A stretch of 64,000 bases of DNA from Alphaproteobacteria bacterium (GTDB lineage Bacteria; Pseudomonadota; Alphaproteobacteria; MPNO01; UBA830), in the NCBI GenBank assembly GCA_964291215.2, contig OZ219790.1, forward strand, positions 288,001-352,000. The letters are read 5' to 3'. Below the pieces are notes generated by a model that saw nothing but the letters and a program-made list of their open reading frames with translations, made no database searches and was not told the origin of the DNA. Positions 42,408 through 54,066 of the stretch are shown piece by piece (positions within the stretch are counted from its first letter, which is position 1; every line of letters begins with the position of its first letter). Both the position numbers and the translations under genes were made by a program.

Positions 42408-42698
42408 CTATTCATCTTCCTTGCGCGTCACGACATCCCGATAGGTCGAAGGCGCCGGTAAGAGGATATGGACGCGGTTATGAGTGTTGAAGACCAGCTT
42501 TACCTGGGCCCCTTCCGGGAAATCAAAACCCTCGGACTTGAGGACGGCGGTCGGGTCGGCATCCATCTTCGCCTTGAAGTCCGGGTCGCCATAGTACTTC
42601 GCCACCACATCTGCATAGAGTTGCTGGCGTTCCTTCAAGTCGTCCGATGAAAGAAGATCGGTGACCAAGGTCTCGATCGGCTTCACTGGTTCCTCCAT
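42408..42698 (-). CDS. NHLP leader-like protein with no GG site or core
   Basis: DPDFKAKMDADPTAVLKSEGFDFPEGAQVKLVFNT and HILLPAP; RBS AAGGAGAG. Confidence 0.85.
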   Translation of the reverse strand: MEEPVKPIETLVTDLLSSDDLKERQQLYADVVAKYYGDPDFKAKMDADPTAVLKSEGFDFPEGAQVKLVFNTHNRVHILLPAPSTYRDVVTRKEDE

Positions 42699-42735
42699 AT
42701 CTCTCTCCTTTGCTCCATGATCACCTGACCACAGC

Positions 42736-42769
42736 CGCGTCCCCGGTTTGCCGCCGGGGCACCGACGCG
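42736..42769 (-). terminator. GC hairpin after the precursor genes (attenuator or mRNA stabiliser candidate)
   Basis: CGCGT-CCCCGG-7nt-CCGGGG-5nt-ACGCG; no U-tract. Confidence 0.45.
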
Positions 42770-42775
42770 ACCTTG

Positions 42776-43195
42776 CTAGCTGGCGCTGCCCGCGGTGCCT
42801 GCGGTGCCGGCCGTGGCAAATGAACTGAGAAACGTGCTGGTCTGGAAGGTGCTCGCCGAGCTGATGCTGCTCGCGCTGCCGGCCGTGGCGCCGCCTGACA
42901 CCGAACTCAGAGTCTCGTCAGCCAGGTCCATGTTCGGGTCGGGCGGCAAGATGAAATGCACGACCTCATCTGTGTTCGCGACCACATCGACCTGCATGCC
43001 GGCGACGGGAACATCGAACCCGAAGGCCTTGTACACCTCGGTGCCGCTGGCTTCATCGATCGAGGAGCGGAATTCCTCGTCGCTCCGGTACCGGTCGGCA
43101 GTCTCGAGGAATCGCTCGTAACTCTTCGTATATGTCCCCATGGCCATCGGCGAAATATCGATGTTATCGAGTAAGTCATTGCTTGGGACGTTCAT
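42776..43195 (-). CDS. NHLP/proteusin precursor A
   Basis: Leader ends HFILPPDPNMDLADETLSSVSGG; core ATAGSASSISSASTFQTSTFLSSFATAGTAGTAGSAS; RBS AGAGGAG. Confidence 0.93.
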   Translation of the reverse strand: MNVPSNDLLDNIDISPMAMGTYTKSYERFLETADRYRSDEEFRSSIDEASGTEVYKAFGFDVPVAGMQVDVVANTDEVVHFILPPDPNMDLADETLSSVSGGATAGSASSISSASTFQTSTFLSSFATAGTAGTAGSAS

Positions 43196-43264
43196 GGTTC
43201 TGTCTCCTCTTTGAACCTTGTTCGAAGGGATCGTTGCTGGCGATATGAATCGTTGTACAACGCT

Positions 43265-43654
43265 TCAGCCGGCCGACCCCGCCGATCCTGCGGTGGATGC
43301 ACTGCCGAGGCTGGAAAAGGACGTGAAGCAGAGGAAGGTGCTCGCCGAACCGATAGTGCCGGCCGTGCTGGCGCAGCTGCCGCCGGAAATCTGGCTCAAC
43401 TGCTCATCCGCCAGATCGCTGTTCGGATCGGGCGGCATGACGAAGTGCACCTCCTCGTCGGAATCCATGAGAAACTGATAATCGATCCCATCCAGACGTG
43501 TCATTCCGAATTCGTCGAAGACATCGTTGCTTTCGCCACGGTCAATCCGGTCACGGAAAGTCGCGTCGCTGTGGTAACGATCGGAAATGGCGGCGATGAT
43601 GTCACGGCGCTCTTCGCTCATTTCCACTTGCTGCATGAATTGTTGGCTGTTCAT
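43265..43654 (-). CDS. NHLP/proteusin precursor B
   Basis: Leader ends HFVMPPDPNSDLADEQLSQISGG; core SCASTAGTIGSASTFLCFTSFSSLGSASTAGSAGSAG; GGAG precedes ATG 43654. Confidence 0.93.
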   Translation of the reverse strand: MNSQQFMQQVEMSEERRDIIAAISDRYHSDATFRDRIDRGESNDVFDEFGMTRLDGIDYQFLMDSDEEVHFVMPPDPNSDLADEQLSQISGGSCASTAGTIGSASTFLCFTSFSSLGSASTAGSAGSAG

Positions 43655-43694
43655 CAGTTTGCTCCATATGAAGGTAGCAGGGTAGCAGAGTCGC

Positions 43695-43722
43695 ATTTTA
43701 ATCCCCTCTTACGCTCGTGCAA
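43695..43722 (-). promoter_or_regulatory. Candidate sigma70 promoter of the RiPP operon
   Basis: TTGCAC-N16-TAAAAT on the minus strand, 40 bp upstream of precursor B. Confidence 0.4.
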
Positions 43723-44258
43723 AGGGCATTCTGAAAAATTTCAGACATCCTGACTTCATCCAATGTCAGGTGAGACGATTCTGGAGTGTTGCGCCATCGC
43801 CGAGGAGATCACCCTCGCGTCTGCGTGGCCGCTGCGATGCACCAAGGACCGTCTCGCCCCTGGCCTTCAGGAGCTTCGTCTTACGGTAGACGCCTTCGTG
43901 CAAGACATCGAAGGCCTGGTCAGATCGGCACAGCTCAACGCCGGCGACCGTGTAGAACCGGGCGATGCGCAGGGCCTGTCGACGGGTGTCATGGGCAGCG
44001 TGGCAGTCGCAGGGCTCGAGGTGGGTGAAGTACCATGCCTGATTGCCGATGACGCCCGTGAGGAGGATGCTGCGATGGGTGTGGCATGGGCTCCCTTGGG
44101 GTGGCAGGGAGGGTGTCATCTCAGACCAAAAGTGCAACATCAGACGTCCTGACCTCGTGAGTTGACTTGCATCCATCCGCCCCCTCCTTTTCCCAATACA
44201 ATCAACGATTTTCCCGATTTTTTGCTTGACAACGTAGCCGCGTAATGGTTCAATATAT

Positions 44259-46615
44259 GTAACTGCCCAGGTCTGCTTCCGGCGATCAGCCACGGGTTAT
44301 GGACTGAAGCTTCCGGTCTGCTGCCGCGGACGCGGAGGCGAGCGGCGGGGGATTTCAGAGGCGCAGTCTCGGGATCAGCTGCATGGGATCGGGATGCGCC
44401 AGGGTTTCGAGGACATTCCAGCGTTGCTTTCGGGCTGTTGCGATGACGGAACGCAGGCTGGCGAAGTCGCGGGCGCCTTGCATTGATCGGAAGCCGCCCG
44501 AGATTTTCTGGCGCAGCTTGCCCATGCGGAGGTCGCGCTCGGCCTGGTTGTTCGAGAAGGGGGTTCTCGGGTCGGTGAGGAAGCGCAGGCAGCCCTCCTT
44601 GTATTTCTGGAGCCGGAGGGCGAGGTTGTGACCGATGCGGCGCTTTTGTCGTCCGTGCTTTCCGCTCTGGAGGGGCGCCATCTCTTCGTGAGAGGCGATG
44701 GCCTGCTCAAGGATGCGGTCCCAGGCTCGGGAGATGCGGGCCACCAGTGAAGCGGGCAGGTCGCGGTCATTCTTGCGGGCGAAGCGGGCGGCTCTGTTGG
44801 CACGGCTGAGGAGCCGGTGCGTGGTGGCTGCCCAGTTCTCGATCTCGATCAGGGCTTGGAGTTCGCGCAGGTGATGGGCATTGCAGGCCCCGTGGCGCAC
44901 GCCTTGGAGAGCGAAGTAGGTGGCGTAGTCGTCATGGATGACGATGCCGTTGAGCTTCTCGTCGATGTGGCTGCGCCCGGCGGCGATGCGCAGGATGGTC
45001 AGCAACGGGGTGCACAGTACGTGGAGCCATTGGGTCCGGGCGGCGATGCGGATGCCGGTCTCGTCGAGGTGTTTGACCGGGGCCGCGGTGCGGATGATCT
45101 CGCCGACACGGTCGAGGAAGCCCTCGAAGCGCCGGGCGGTGCGTCTGCCCATGGCGGCGATGGTGGCGGTTGAGAGCCTGACCGCGAAGAGGTCGCTCAT
45201 GACTTCGGCGACGCGCTTCTCCGGAATGAACTGCGCGTGCAGCAGGTAGGTCACCCACGCGGTGATACGCGGCCCGTACTGGACCGGGGCGCCGTTCGGG
45301 AAGACGGCTGTCGTCACGGTGCCGCAGGCGGCACAGAGGCAGCGGTGCTCGGTGACCTCAAGGGGCTGCGGCACATCGAAGACCTGCCGGCAGACGGGGG
45401 CTCGGTGACGCTCAGCGGCCGACAGCGGCGCGCCGCAGCCCGCACAGGCGCAGGGATCATGATCGACGACGTGGTCGGGCGTCGCGGTCCGCTCCAGAGT
45501 GGTTCCCTTGTGGCTGACCGCCGCCTGTCGGACGTGCCGCTCCGGGTGCGCTGGGGTCCGCTCTTCTTCTTCAGACCGTCGCTGGCCGGCGACCGGGAGC
45601 TGGTGGTGCTGTCGAGCGCGGCACTGCGCTCGAGTTCGGCAATCCGCTCGCGCAAGTGGGCGTTCTCCCGCTCCAGCGCGTCGTTCTCCCTGACCAGCGC
45701 CGCGCTCAGGCGCAGCAGCCCCTGGCCCGGATGGCTTTGATGACCGTCATCGCCAGGCATTGTGGGGTGAAAAGGTCCTGCAGGCACGCAAAAGCCTCGT
45801 CGTGGCCGGCGAGGTCCTCGCGCCACCGTCACGGGACCTCGACGGCCATGATCGCGGCCAGCACCGCCAGGCGTTCGCCCGCCGGCATGGCCTCGTAGAG
45901 CCGGCCCCAGTTGGCCGCCTTGCGCTTGATGCGCTGGCGGTCGGTGAAGTTCCGGCCGGCGAAGCGCGCCCAGTGCACCCGGTCGGGCGCGAAGTTGAAC
46001 CACACCACCTCGGTCCGCACCCGGGCCTGGGTCGTCACCTGCAGCGCCAGCCGGCGCCAGCCCGACAGCAGGTCGTCATAGAGCGCAGACGGGTGGCCCG
46101 AGACCATCACCTGGCAGGGCAGACCCTTGAGCAGCTCAAGCAGCGCGACGTGGTCGGCCTCCGCATACTCGAAGCGGTAGCGCTGCGACGAACGCCGGGT
46201 CGCGTGCAGATAGGGCGGATCGCTGTAGACCAGCTCCGGGCCCAGAAACGCAAACGACGCCAGAAAGGAGTGGGCGCAGCCATGCACCAACTCCACCGGG
46301 TAGTCGCAGCCAAAGGCCTCAAGCGCCCGCTCATCGAGGTCGATCCCGATCGAGCGCACGGCAGCAGGCTTGCGCTTCATCAGCGCACCGCCCCCCAGGT
46401 GACTCTCGATATAGACAGAGTGCGGCGGCATCAGCGCAATCAGCGCCTGGCTCAGACCCGTCGTCGCCTTCGATCCGAAATACCCCACCAGCCGCTCCTC
46501 CCATGCGAGAGGGCAACCCATAGGCGCGCGCGCCTATGCAGTCAAGGCCGAGAGCAGCGACACGGCGAACAAAATCAGCAAGCTCTCACACTTGGCAGGG
46601 TACCTGGGTAGTTAC
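44259..46615 (-). mobile_element. IS66-family element carrying a DNA adenine methylase
   Basis: TIR GTAACTRCCCAGGT; 8-bp TSD CAATATAT; frameshifted TnpC (HLDETG, CNAHHLREL, NNQAERDLRMGK). Confidence 0.92.
45829..46521 (-). CDS. Dam/D12-class DNA adenine methyltransferase (IS passenger)
   Basis: GYFGSK, YIESHLGGGA and VYSDPPY motifs; open frame; true start may be GTG near 46488. Confidence 0.85.
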   Translation of the reverse strand: MGCPLAWEERLVGYFGSKATTGLSQALIALMPPHSVYIESHLGGGALMKRKPAAVRSIGIDLDERALEAFGCDYPVELVHGCAHSFLASFAFLGPELVYSDPPYLHATRRSSQRYRFEYAEADHVALLELLKGLPCQVMVSGHPSALYDDLLSGWRRLALQVTTQARVRTEVVWFNFAPDRVHWARFAGRNFTDRQRIKRKAANWGRLYEAMPAGERLAVLAAIMAVEVP

Positions 46616-49588
46616 CAATATATTATGATATATATTGGGGCAACCCCGGCCATGAACACGCTCGCGATGCACCCTCCTGAAGTCATCGGGACTTCGTGCT
46701 TCTCCCGTGCCGACATCGACGGACAGACCGTCTACTTCTCGAACTTGGAGCCCTGCCACGACGAGGGCGACCGACCGGCCCTGCTTCTGCGGATCGCCAG
46801 GTTTGCCCGGCACGGCGTTCCTCAAAGGGATCTGCAGGAGGCGTGAGCCGCGCGACCGTGCATCGGGCGATGAAGAGGCTCCAGGACCGGGGCGAAGCAA
46901 GCTTCTACGAGCCCCGCAGGGGCCGCGGGGTCAGCGTGATCACCGGCGCGGCCGCGGCGAACCGCCTCCTGGCCGAGGGCAGGAGCGGCGCAGCCCGGGA
47001 ACTGGGGATCGCGAAGTCGACGGTGTACTACAACCTCCGCCACGGCTTCCTCGGCGCCGGAGAGCGGCCGGACCCGGAGAACCTCGACGAGGCCCCGACA
47101 GGCCCGGACGATCTTCTCGGCCGCGGCGTGCGGGACCGGGTCGCGCCGATGGGGCGCGCGCGACCGCGCCGGGCGCGTCGCAGCCTCGACGGGGGCCGAA
47201 GCGGCGCCGCGCTTCGACGAGCCGCTCTCGGCGGGCGGCGGCGTCCTGGCGGCGCTGCCGGCGTTGCTGAAGGAAGGTCTCCTGGCGCACCGGTTCCTGT
47301 CGCTGCCGAAAGGGTACTACGGGCGGACCAGCGTACTTCTCATGCTCGCGTTCCTGTTCCTGGCCGCAACCCCGAGGCGCTGCGCCACGAGGCACCCGGA
47401 GAACGGGGCGCGGTTCTGGGGCTCGACCGCTGCCTGGAAGCCAGGACGCTGCGGCACAAGATCAAGGTGCTCGCGAGCGACCCGCAGCGGGTCCGGGACT
47501 GGCAGGATGCGCTGGCCTGAATCGCGGACGCGTCTGTGCGACGCTGTCGGTGGAAGGGCACGTGAAGGTCTATTCGGGCCGCAAGGGCCGCCTGCCGAAG
47601 CACTTCGTGCCGCAGCCTGCCGGCCTCGACGGGTTACTGGGTCCATGCGCTCGGCGGCCGGCCGCTCCTGTGCCTGCACCAGGACCCGACCCTGACACAC
47701 GCACTGGAGCACGACATCCTGCCCGCGCTGGAGCGGCCTGCCGGGACCGGACGCCTCTCCCAGGGAACGGAGGTCGCCCTGACGCTGGTGTTCGACCGCT
47801 GGAGCCCGGCGCTGTTCGCCCGTCTCGCCCGGTGCGGGATGGCGGTGATCACCTGGCACAAGGGGTTCCGGGGCGATCCCTGGCCGGAGGAGGAGTTCCG
47901 CCCGGCGCCGCTCCACGGTCCTGGTGGCCGCCAAGGTGCGGCTCGCGGAGAGACGGATCCCGCTGTCCGGCGGGCCGATCGTGCGCCAGATCCGGCGTCT
48001 TGTGGACAGCGGCCGGCAGGTGCCACTGGTCACCACGGACCTGCATACGCCCATGGAACAGGTCGCGGGCGCGCTGTTCTCGCCTCAGGAGAACTTCTTC
48101 AAGTACATGCGCGAGGAGTTCGGCCTCGACGCGCTGGCCGTACACGGCCTGGCAGGACCCCGCAGCGCGCGTCCCGGACTGGCGCCGTTGCAACCGCCGC
48201 ATCCGCCAGCTGCGCCAGAAGCACGCTGCGCAACCGCGTCGCCGACCTGCTGGGGGGTACCCCGTCCGACACCGCCGTCACGGCCGCCGAGACGCTGAAG
48301 GAGGAGATCGTGACGCCGAGCACACGGCGCTCAAGGTCCAGCGTTCCGAAATCCCGAAGCATGTCACGGTGCTCGACGAGAGGCTCGACGCCCTGCCCTC
48401 CAGCGAGAGGCTGCTGCTCGACATCGTGCGCATGATCGCCTACCGCGCCGAGACCCGGATGATGTCCGCCGTCGTCGCGGCGCAGGGCGTAAAGCAGCGT
48501 CCGCGGCGCCCTCTAGCCGAACTGTTCCAGTCGGACGCCGACCTCATCCCCGACCCGGAACACGGCGTCCTGCGGGTGCGCATCCTCGGCACCGCCTGCA
48601 ACGCGCGCGACGCCGACCTCGCCGGACTGCTCGACGAACTCAACCGGACGCGCACGATCTTCCCCGGAACCAACCTCCGCATGATCTACGAACTGCCAGA
48701 CAACGCGCACAAACTCGGCCCGGAAGCGTCACCCTGATGGGAAACATCGGAGCCGAGGCCCGGATGTCTGAGCCTCCGCCTCGTCTACGACATCGACGGC
48801 GCAACACTCCAAAATCGTCTCACCTGACATTGGACGAGGTCAGGACATCTGAACATGTGATATTGGACATGCTTGTTCGCCACAGGTCAAGCGGAATCCG
48901 CACCGAAACGGCCGGAAACACGGGAAAACAGGGGGATTTCCTGACCGGTGCGATAGGCCTCCTCAGAAGGGTAGGTCAGGATGTCTGAATTTTTCTATAT
49001 CGTGGTAAATCACGGTGGCAGCGGCTCGAACGCTGCGACGGGCCGGGGCATCGCCTTGTGACTTCGTCGTTTCGCGGACACTGCCCGGCCCTTCGGTTCC
49101 ACGGTGATCCCACGCTGCTAATCCGGCGACGACTGGCAAGATTTTCTCAGTTTGCGTCGCGCTGCAATCGTGCCGCCAAGGCTCGATGGGGCCTTCTTGG
49201 CACGAAAATTGTGATCAAGGAGGCGATCTGTGATGAGCCGAGCCCCAGGACCATTCTGTTGTCGCGATCGGCGGCGAACAACCGTGTCAGAGTGGCCGTT
49301 CTTGAAGTTGGTGGCACCGTCTCAACCCAAGTTGGCACTTTTTGCGGCCCGGAATTTTTATCGCGTTGATATAACACGATTTTTTTGGCGACCTATTTCA
49401 ACATGGCACTACATTCTGTTGAATTCTGTCAGCTTGTGAGACGGCTCCTCGTGCGGCGGGTTCGACACCAGCCGCCGAGGAGATTTCGGCAACCTCGGCG
49501 GTGCGTGTCCTGTCGGTTGACGATCAATGCGCGCAGGCGCGTGGTGACCCTGGTTCAGCATGCTCTCGCGGATTGATGTCCGGCACTT

Positions 49589-50972
49589 AGTTGTGTCAAG
49601 AATTGTCTGCAATTTCGGTCGTGGCATGGGTCTCCGCTGTTGGGGCTGCCGTCCTGGCGGGCCCGAGGGCCCGCCAGGACGGACAGAAATCCCGTCGTCA
49701 CGCGGCCTTTCGCATGCGCTCGCGCTGATGCTCCTTCAAGTGGATCATGTTCAGGTAGCGGCTGGCCTCCAGCCAGTCCTCGTGGATCTCGATCGCCAGC
49801 GCCCGCACCAGACGCAGGCAGCTCTCCTCGTTGGGGAAAATCCGCACCACCTGGGTGCGCCGCTTGATCTCCTGGTTGAAGCGCTCGAGCATGTTCGTCG
49901 ACTTCAGGTGCTTGTGGTGCGCCCGTGGCAGGCTGTAGAACGCAAACGTCTCCTCGATGGTCTCCTCGACCCACGACGTCAGCTTGGCGTAGTGCGACTG
50001 CCAGCGTGACAGCCACGCCGCGAGATCTCTCCGCGCCTCCTCGAGGTTGCCGCGGTCGTAGAGCCAGCGCAGCTCCTGAAGGCAGTCGTCGTCGCGCTTG
50101 CGCGGCATGTGGTCGAGCGCGTTGCGCAGAAAGTGCACGTAGCACCGCTGCTGCACCGCCTCGGGCACAACCTCGCTCACCGCCGCGCCAAGTGATCGTC
50201 CCGGACCACAAACCGCACAGGCCGCGCTCCTTGAGTTGCAGCAGAAACGCCTTCCACGACGAGGCGCTCTCACGGTTGGCGAGCTCTACCGCAAGAACCT
50301 GGCGCCGGCCGTCCCAGTCAATCCCCAGCGCAACCAGAACCGCCTGAGAGCCGATCACCCCGGCCTCGCGGACCCGCTCGTAGCGGGCATCCAGGATCAG
50401 ATAGGGAAACGGCTCCTCAAGACGCCGGCGCGCAAACGCCGCAAGGTCCGCATCCAGGCGCTTGACGATGTTCGATATCGTCGACGCCGAAAAACTCTGC
50501 CCGCAAAGCTCCTCCGTGATCCGCTTCACCTTCCGCGTCGAAACACCCTGCACGTACATCTCCGCAAGCGCTGATACCAGCGCCTTCTCAGAGCGCTGGT
50601 AGCGCTCAAATACCGAGAAAAATCCGCCACGATCCTGCGGAACCTGAAGCTCCAGCGAACCCACACGCGTCACAAGCGTCCGCTTGTAATACCCCGAGCG
50701 GTAGCCCACACGCGTCAACGTCCGCGCACCCTTCGAGGCCCCCAGAGCCGACGTCATCTCGCTCTCCAGAACCTCCTGCAGATAACCCCGGAGACTCTCG
50801 CGAAGAAAGTCCTCGTCCCCACCCAAAATCTCCTTGATCTCGGCGATCCCCGCCTTACGCTTGCTCTCGGTCATGGTGTGCCTCCTTCGTTGCACGAAGT
50901 GCTTCTCAATCACTGGCATGCCATGACCGGTCAGGCTTGAAAACCCTTTTGCAGAACCTTCTGTACACAACC
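49589..50972 (-). mobile_element. IS256-family element (second type), frameshifted
   Basis: EMYVQGVSTRKV, LILDARYE, QRCYVHFLRN and STNMLERFNQEIKRRT; 8-bp TSD CGGCACTT. Confidence 0.92.
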
Positions 50973-51116
50973 CGGCACTTGTGGATGCCCCGCGCGGGGA
51001 TCAGATGCCCCGCGGCGAGTGCGGCGATCAACAGGTGGGCGGCGATGCGCTGGCCGGGCGCAATCCGGGCTCGGATTTCAATGAACGGAAGGTGGCCTCG
51101 ATATCCGTGTCCCGAG

Positions 51117-52550
51117 CATCCATGTTTCCTGGCAAGGTTTTTGCGGGTGTCTGCGGTGATGTTTTCTGTGGTTGTCCACAAGCGGTGTGGGATTTGCCCT
51201 GCGAGCGAGGCGACATGAAGCTTGTGGTCCCGGCGGCGGGTTGCCGTCCATTGGTCACGTGAACGCGGCTACCTTGCCGTCCCCGGGCACGTGACCGTCC
51301 GGGTTCCAGGTGTCCCAAGGCGGTTCGATCTCCTCGATGTCGGCCTCGACGATGATCTGCAGACATTCTCCCCAAGTCGTGTCGTAGTAGGGAGACTGTC
51401 GATACAGTCCCGATCGCGCTCTCGGCAGGGGTGAGGGCCATGAGGGTGTCTCCTTCGCTCACTCACCGGTGCTTCGGTCGACCAGCAACGCTGCTGTCGC
51501 AGCAAGGTGTTCGCCAGAGCTTGCGCATCACGGCGACAATGGCGACTTTGTGGGCCTTGCCGGCGGTCTTGTGGCGTTCGAACACCAGATCCGCGTTGAA
51601 GCGTGCTGCCGAGGTCGCGGCCAGGAGATCACGTGGCCTCCGGCGCCCGCCTCGGATATGCCGAGTACCGTGGCCACTGTCGTTGGCCATCGGCGCCACC
51701 CCGATCAAGGCTGCCGCCTGACGACGCTGCCGAGTTCGGGCATCCAACAAAGAAGGGCTGCGGCGGTCACTGGACCGGGGATCGAGGTCAGGGTACCTCT
51801 GCTCGGGATCACCGGCGATCACCGCTTTGATCGCCGCGCCGGCAATGCGGTCATCGAGATCGGCCGCCGAAGCCCTTGTGACGGTCTCGCCATCCACCTC
51901 ATCTGCCACTTGCCTCAACTTGGTCCGCACGTCGACAAGCGCGGCGCGCGATACTAGGAGATCCCCCAGGCAGTTGAGGAAGGCTTCCTGAGGAGCCACA
52001 GGCTCGAGATCGCACCGTGCCGATCTTGGCGTCAACGCGGTTGGCCCAAAGCCTCGGCGAAGCCCTCAACGGGCAGGACAACCTCGAAGCCCCGGTCATG
52101 AAGACACTGGTGAACCTTGCGGTGATAGCGGCCTGTCGCCCACCACACGGGTTACCTCGAGGCTGCGAAGCCACGTGCCCGCCAGCTCGTGGCGTCGTTC
52201 GTAAAACGACGCCCCAGATGTCCAGACTGGCCTTGCTGACCCCTGCTACTACCTTAACCATCGTCCCTTGTTCCTCGCCTTATGATGATACGGTTCAAAC
52301 CCAAGCATCCATTCAGGACGCAAGGGACGCCAAAGGAGGTTGCCACGCTCGGGAACGGCTCTATAAAGCCAAGGACGGAACGGCAATCTCCGCGGAGATC
52401 GTTTGATCCCCGCTCCCCTGTACGTTCTCACACAGGGGAGCGGAATCTCTTTGCAACCATAGCTCTCCCATAGTCGAGGTTATCCACATTTTCCCGCCCC
52501 CAACTGCTGTGGATGATTTCATCATCAAGGGGACAAAACCTAGTCATATA
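51117..52550 (-). mobile_element. IS110-family element, degraded (copy 1)
   Basis: GVAPMANDSG and GKAHKVAIVAVMRKL; no TIR; CT core on both sides. Confidence 0.85.
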
Positions 52551-54066
52551 AGGACGGTCTCGATATCCCGGTCGCTGGTGCGCAGGCGCCCGCGTTGTCT
52601 TGTCGTCTGTGGCTGAAGCGCACGGCCGTTGCCCGGCCTTCTCGACAGTGGTCTCGTAGTGCCGGGCGACGGTGGAGAAGCGCTGCTCGAGACCGCTCTC
52701 CAGTACCTTGTCGTGGCGCCGGCCCTTGGCCGAGAGGTGGAGCTTTGCCGCCTCGAAGCTGTGCCGCCTGCGGTCAAGAATGGCGTCCTCGGCCCTCTTC
52801 CTGCTCTCGCTGACCACGTAAAGCCGCGCCATCCTCGCTGGCAAGGCGCCTGCACCTCGTGGTTGGTGCTGATGATCAGCAGGCCTCGGGCCCACCCTCG
52901 GGCGGCGCCGCCCGCGATCCAGCCGTGCTCGCCACGCGATGTTCGCCTCGGTGCCGGCGTCCATGACTACCGTCGGCTTCGCCGCCCGCCTCCAGCCTCA
53001 GCAGCGCCTCCGTGCCCGGTTCGCTTACGTTGCCCGGCAAGACCTCGCAACTGCGCCGAAAGCCCGCGCCGCGCAAGCGTGGGGCAATCGTTGCGCTTCT
53101 GCTTCGAGCGCCCGAAGCGGGGCAGCTTGCCGTCGGCGCGGCCGTGAACATTGGTGAGGTCGTAAAAGGCGATGGTGTCGGGGATGCAGCGCGCGCTCGT
53201 GGTTGAACAGCTCCTGGCGGCCCGGTGGTGCAGGTCGCCGATGCGGTACGGCGTCTTGCGCTCCGGATCCGGAAGCTCCGCGCTGTCATGGCGCAGCCAG
53301 TGCTCGCTGGCGAATCATCCTGGCGACGATCAGCGCACTCGTGATGCCGAGGTCGTGAAGCGCCTCGAGGCACAGGCCAGCCGACCGAGCGCGGGTTCTC
53401 GTGCTCGAGGCTGTCGAGGTTGACGGTCGCAATTTGCGTGCGTCTTCCTCCAGAGCGTCGGCGCGGAACCTTCGGGCCCCTGTTGACGATGTCCTGCGGC
53501 CTGCACGCGGCTTCGAACAGCGGCGGGCGGCCGTGGAGCAGCGCTTCGGCGGCAACCTCCTTCCGGTTCTTGCGCGCCACCGGATGGTCGGTGCCGAGGC
53601 AGGGTGCGCTGTCGACCTTGTCGCCGATGCGCTAAGAAAGCACGAGCCGGTGGACGGGTTTGCCGTCTGCGGTGCTACGGGTTTTGGTTGCCCTGATGAA
53701 CATGTTGTCTGGAGCCTTTTGTGTTGACGAGGCTCCGGATATACCGGGTTTGGCGGCGGGGTCGAGCGAATCGGCAACATTCTGGCACTACAACGCCCAC
53801 CCCGGACACGCAATCAGGAATGCAGTGGGTTCAAGAACAAGGCCAACAATATAGTATGTCGAACGGGGCGGCCGCATAAATTTCGCCTTCGACTGACGCA
53901 AAAAGTGCCAACTTGGGTCAAGGTCGGAACCGACATATCGACAACGAAATCCGCTCCCGAATGGACCTCCAGATCTGCCTACAACGCCCCCTCGTCGGAC
54001 GAAACCGGAAAAAAGAAAAGCCCTGAGCCGAGCCCCAACGCATTCGGATTTCGCGTCTCCGAATTA

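Larger units (their letters stand above)
44140..48771 (+). mobile_element. Unclassified transposase element, degraded, interrupted by IS66
   Basis: 18-bp imperfect TIR TCAGACGTCCTGACCTCG; frameshifted ORF at about 46652-48737 (EGHVKVYSGRKG, VFDR, QENFFKYMREEFGLD, RMIAYRAET). Confidence 0.7.
43741..48988. mobile_element. Nested IS block 1, outer element of an unclassified family
   Basis: Perfect 14-bp TIR TCAGACATCCTGAC; ATT on both flanks. Confidence 0.72.
49326..53917 (-). mobile_element. IS1634-family element, degraded, hosting IS256 and IS110
   Basis: 21-bp TIR CCCAAGTTGGCACTTTTTGCG; TCAA duplicated; empty site visible at about 60510-60530; DIEATFRSLKSE fragment. Confidence 0.8.

Noticed and set aside
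42408-43654. Nitrile hydratase alpha subunits
   Set aside because: No CxxCSC metal motif; GG-cleaved cores and the gene context indicate RiPP leaders.
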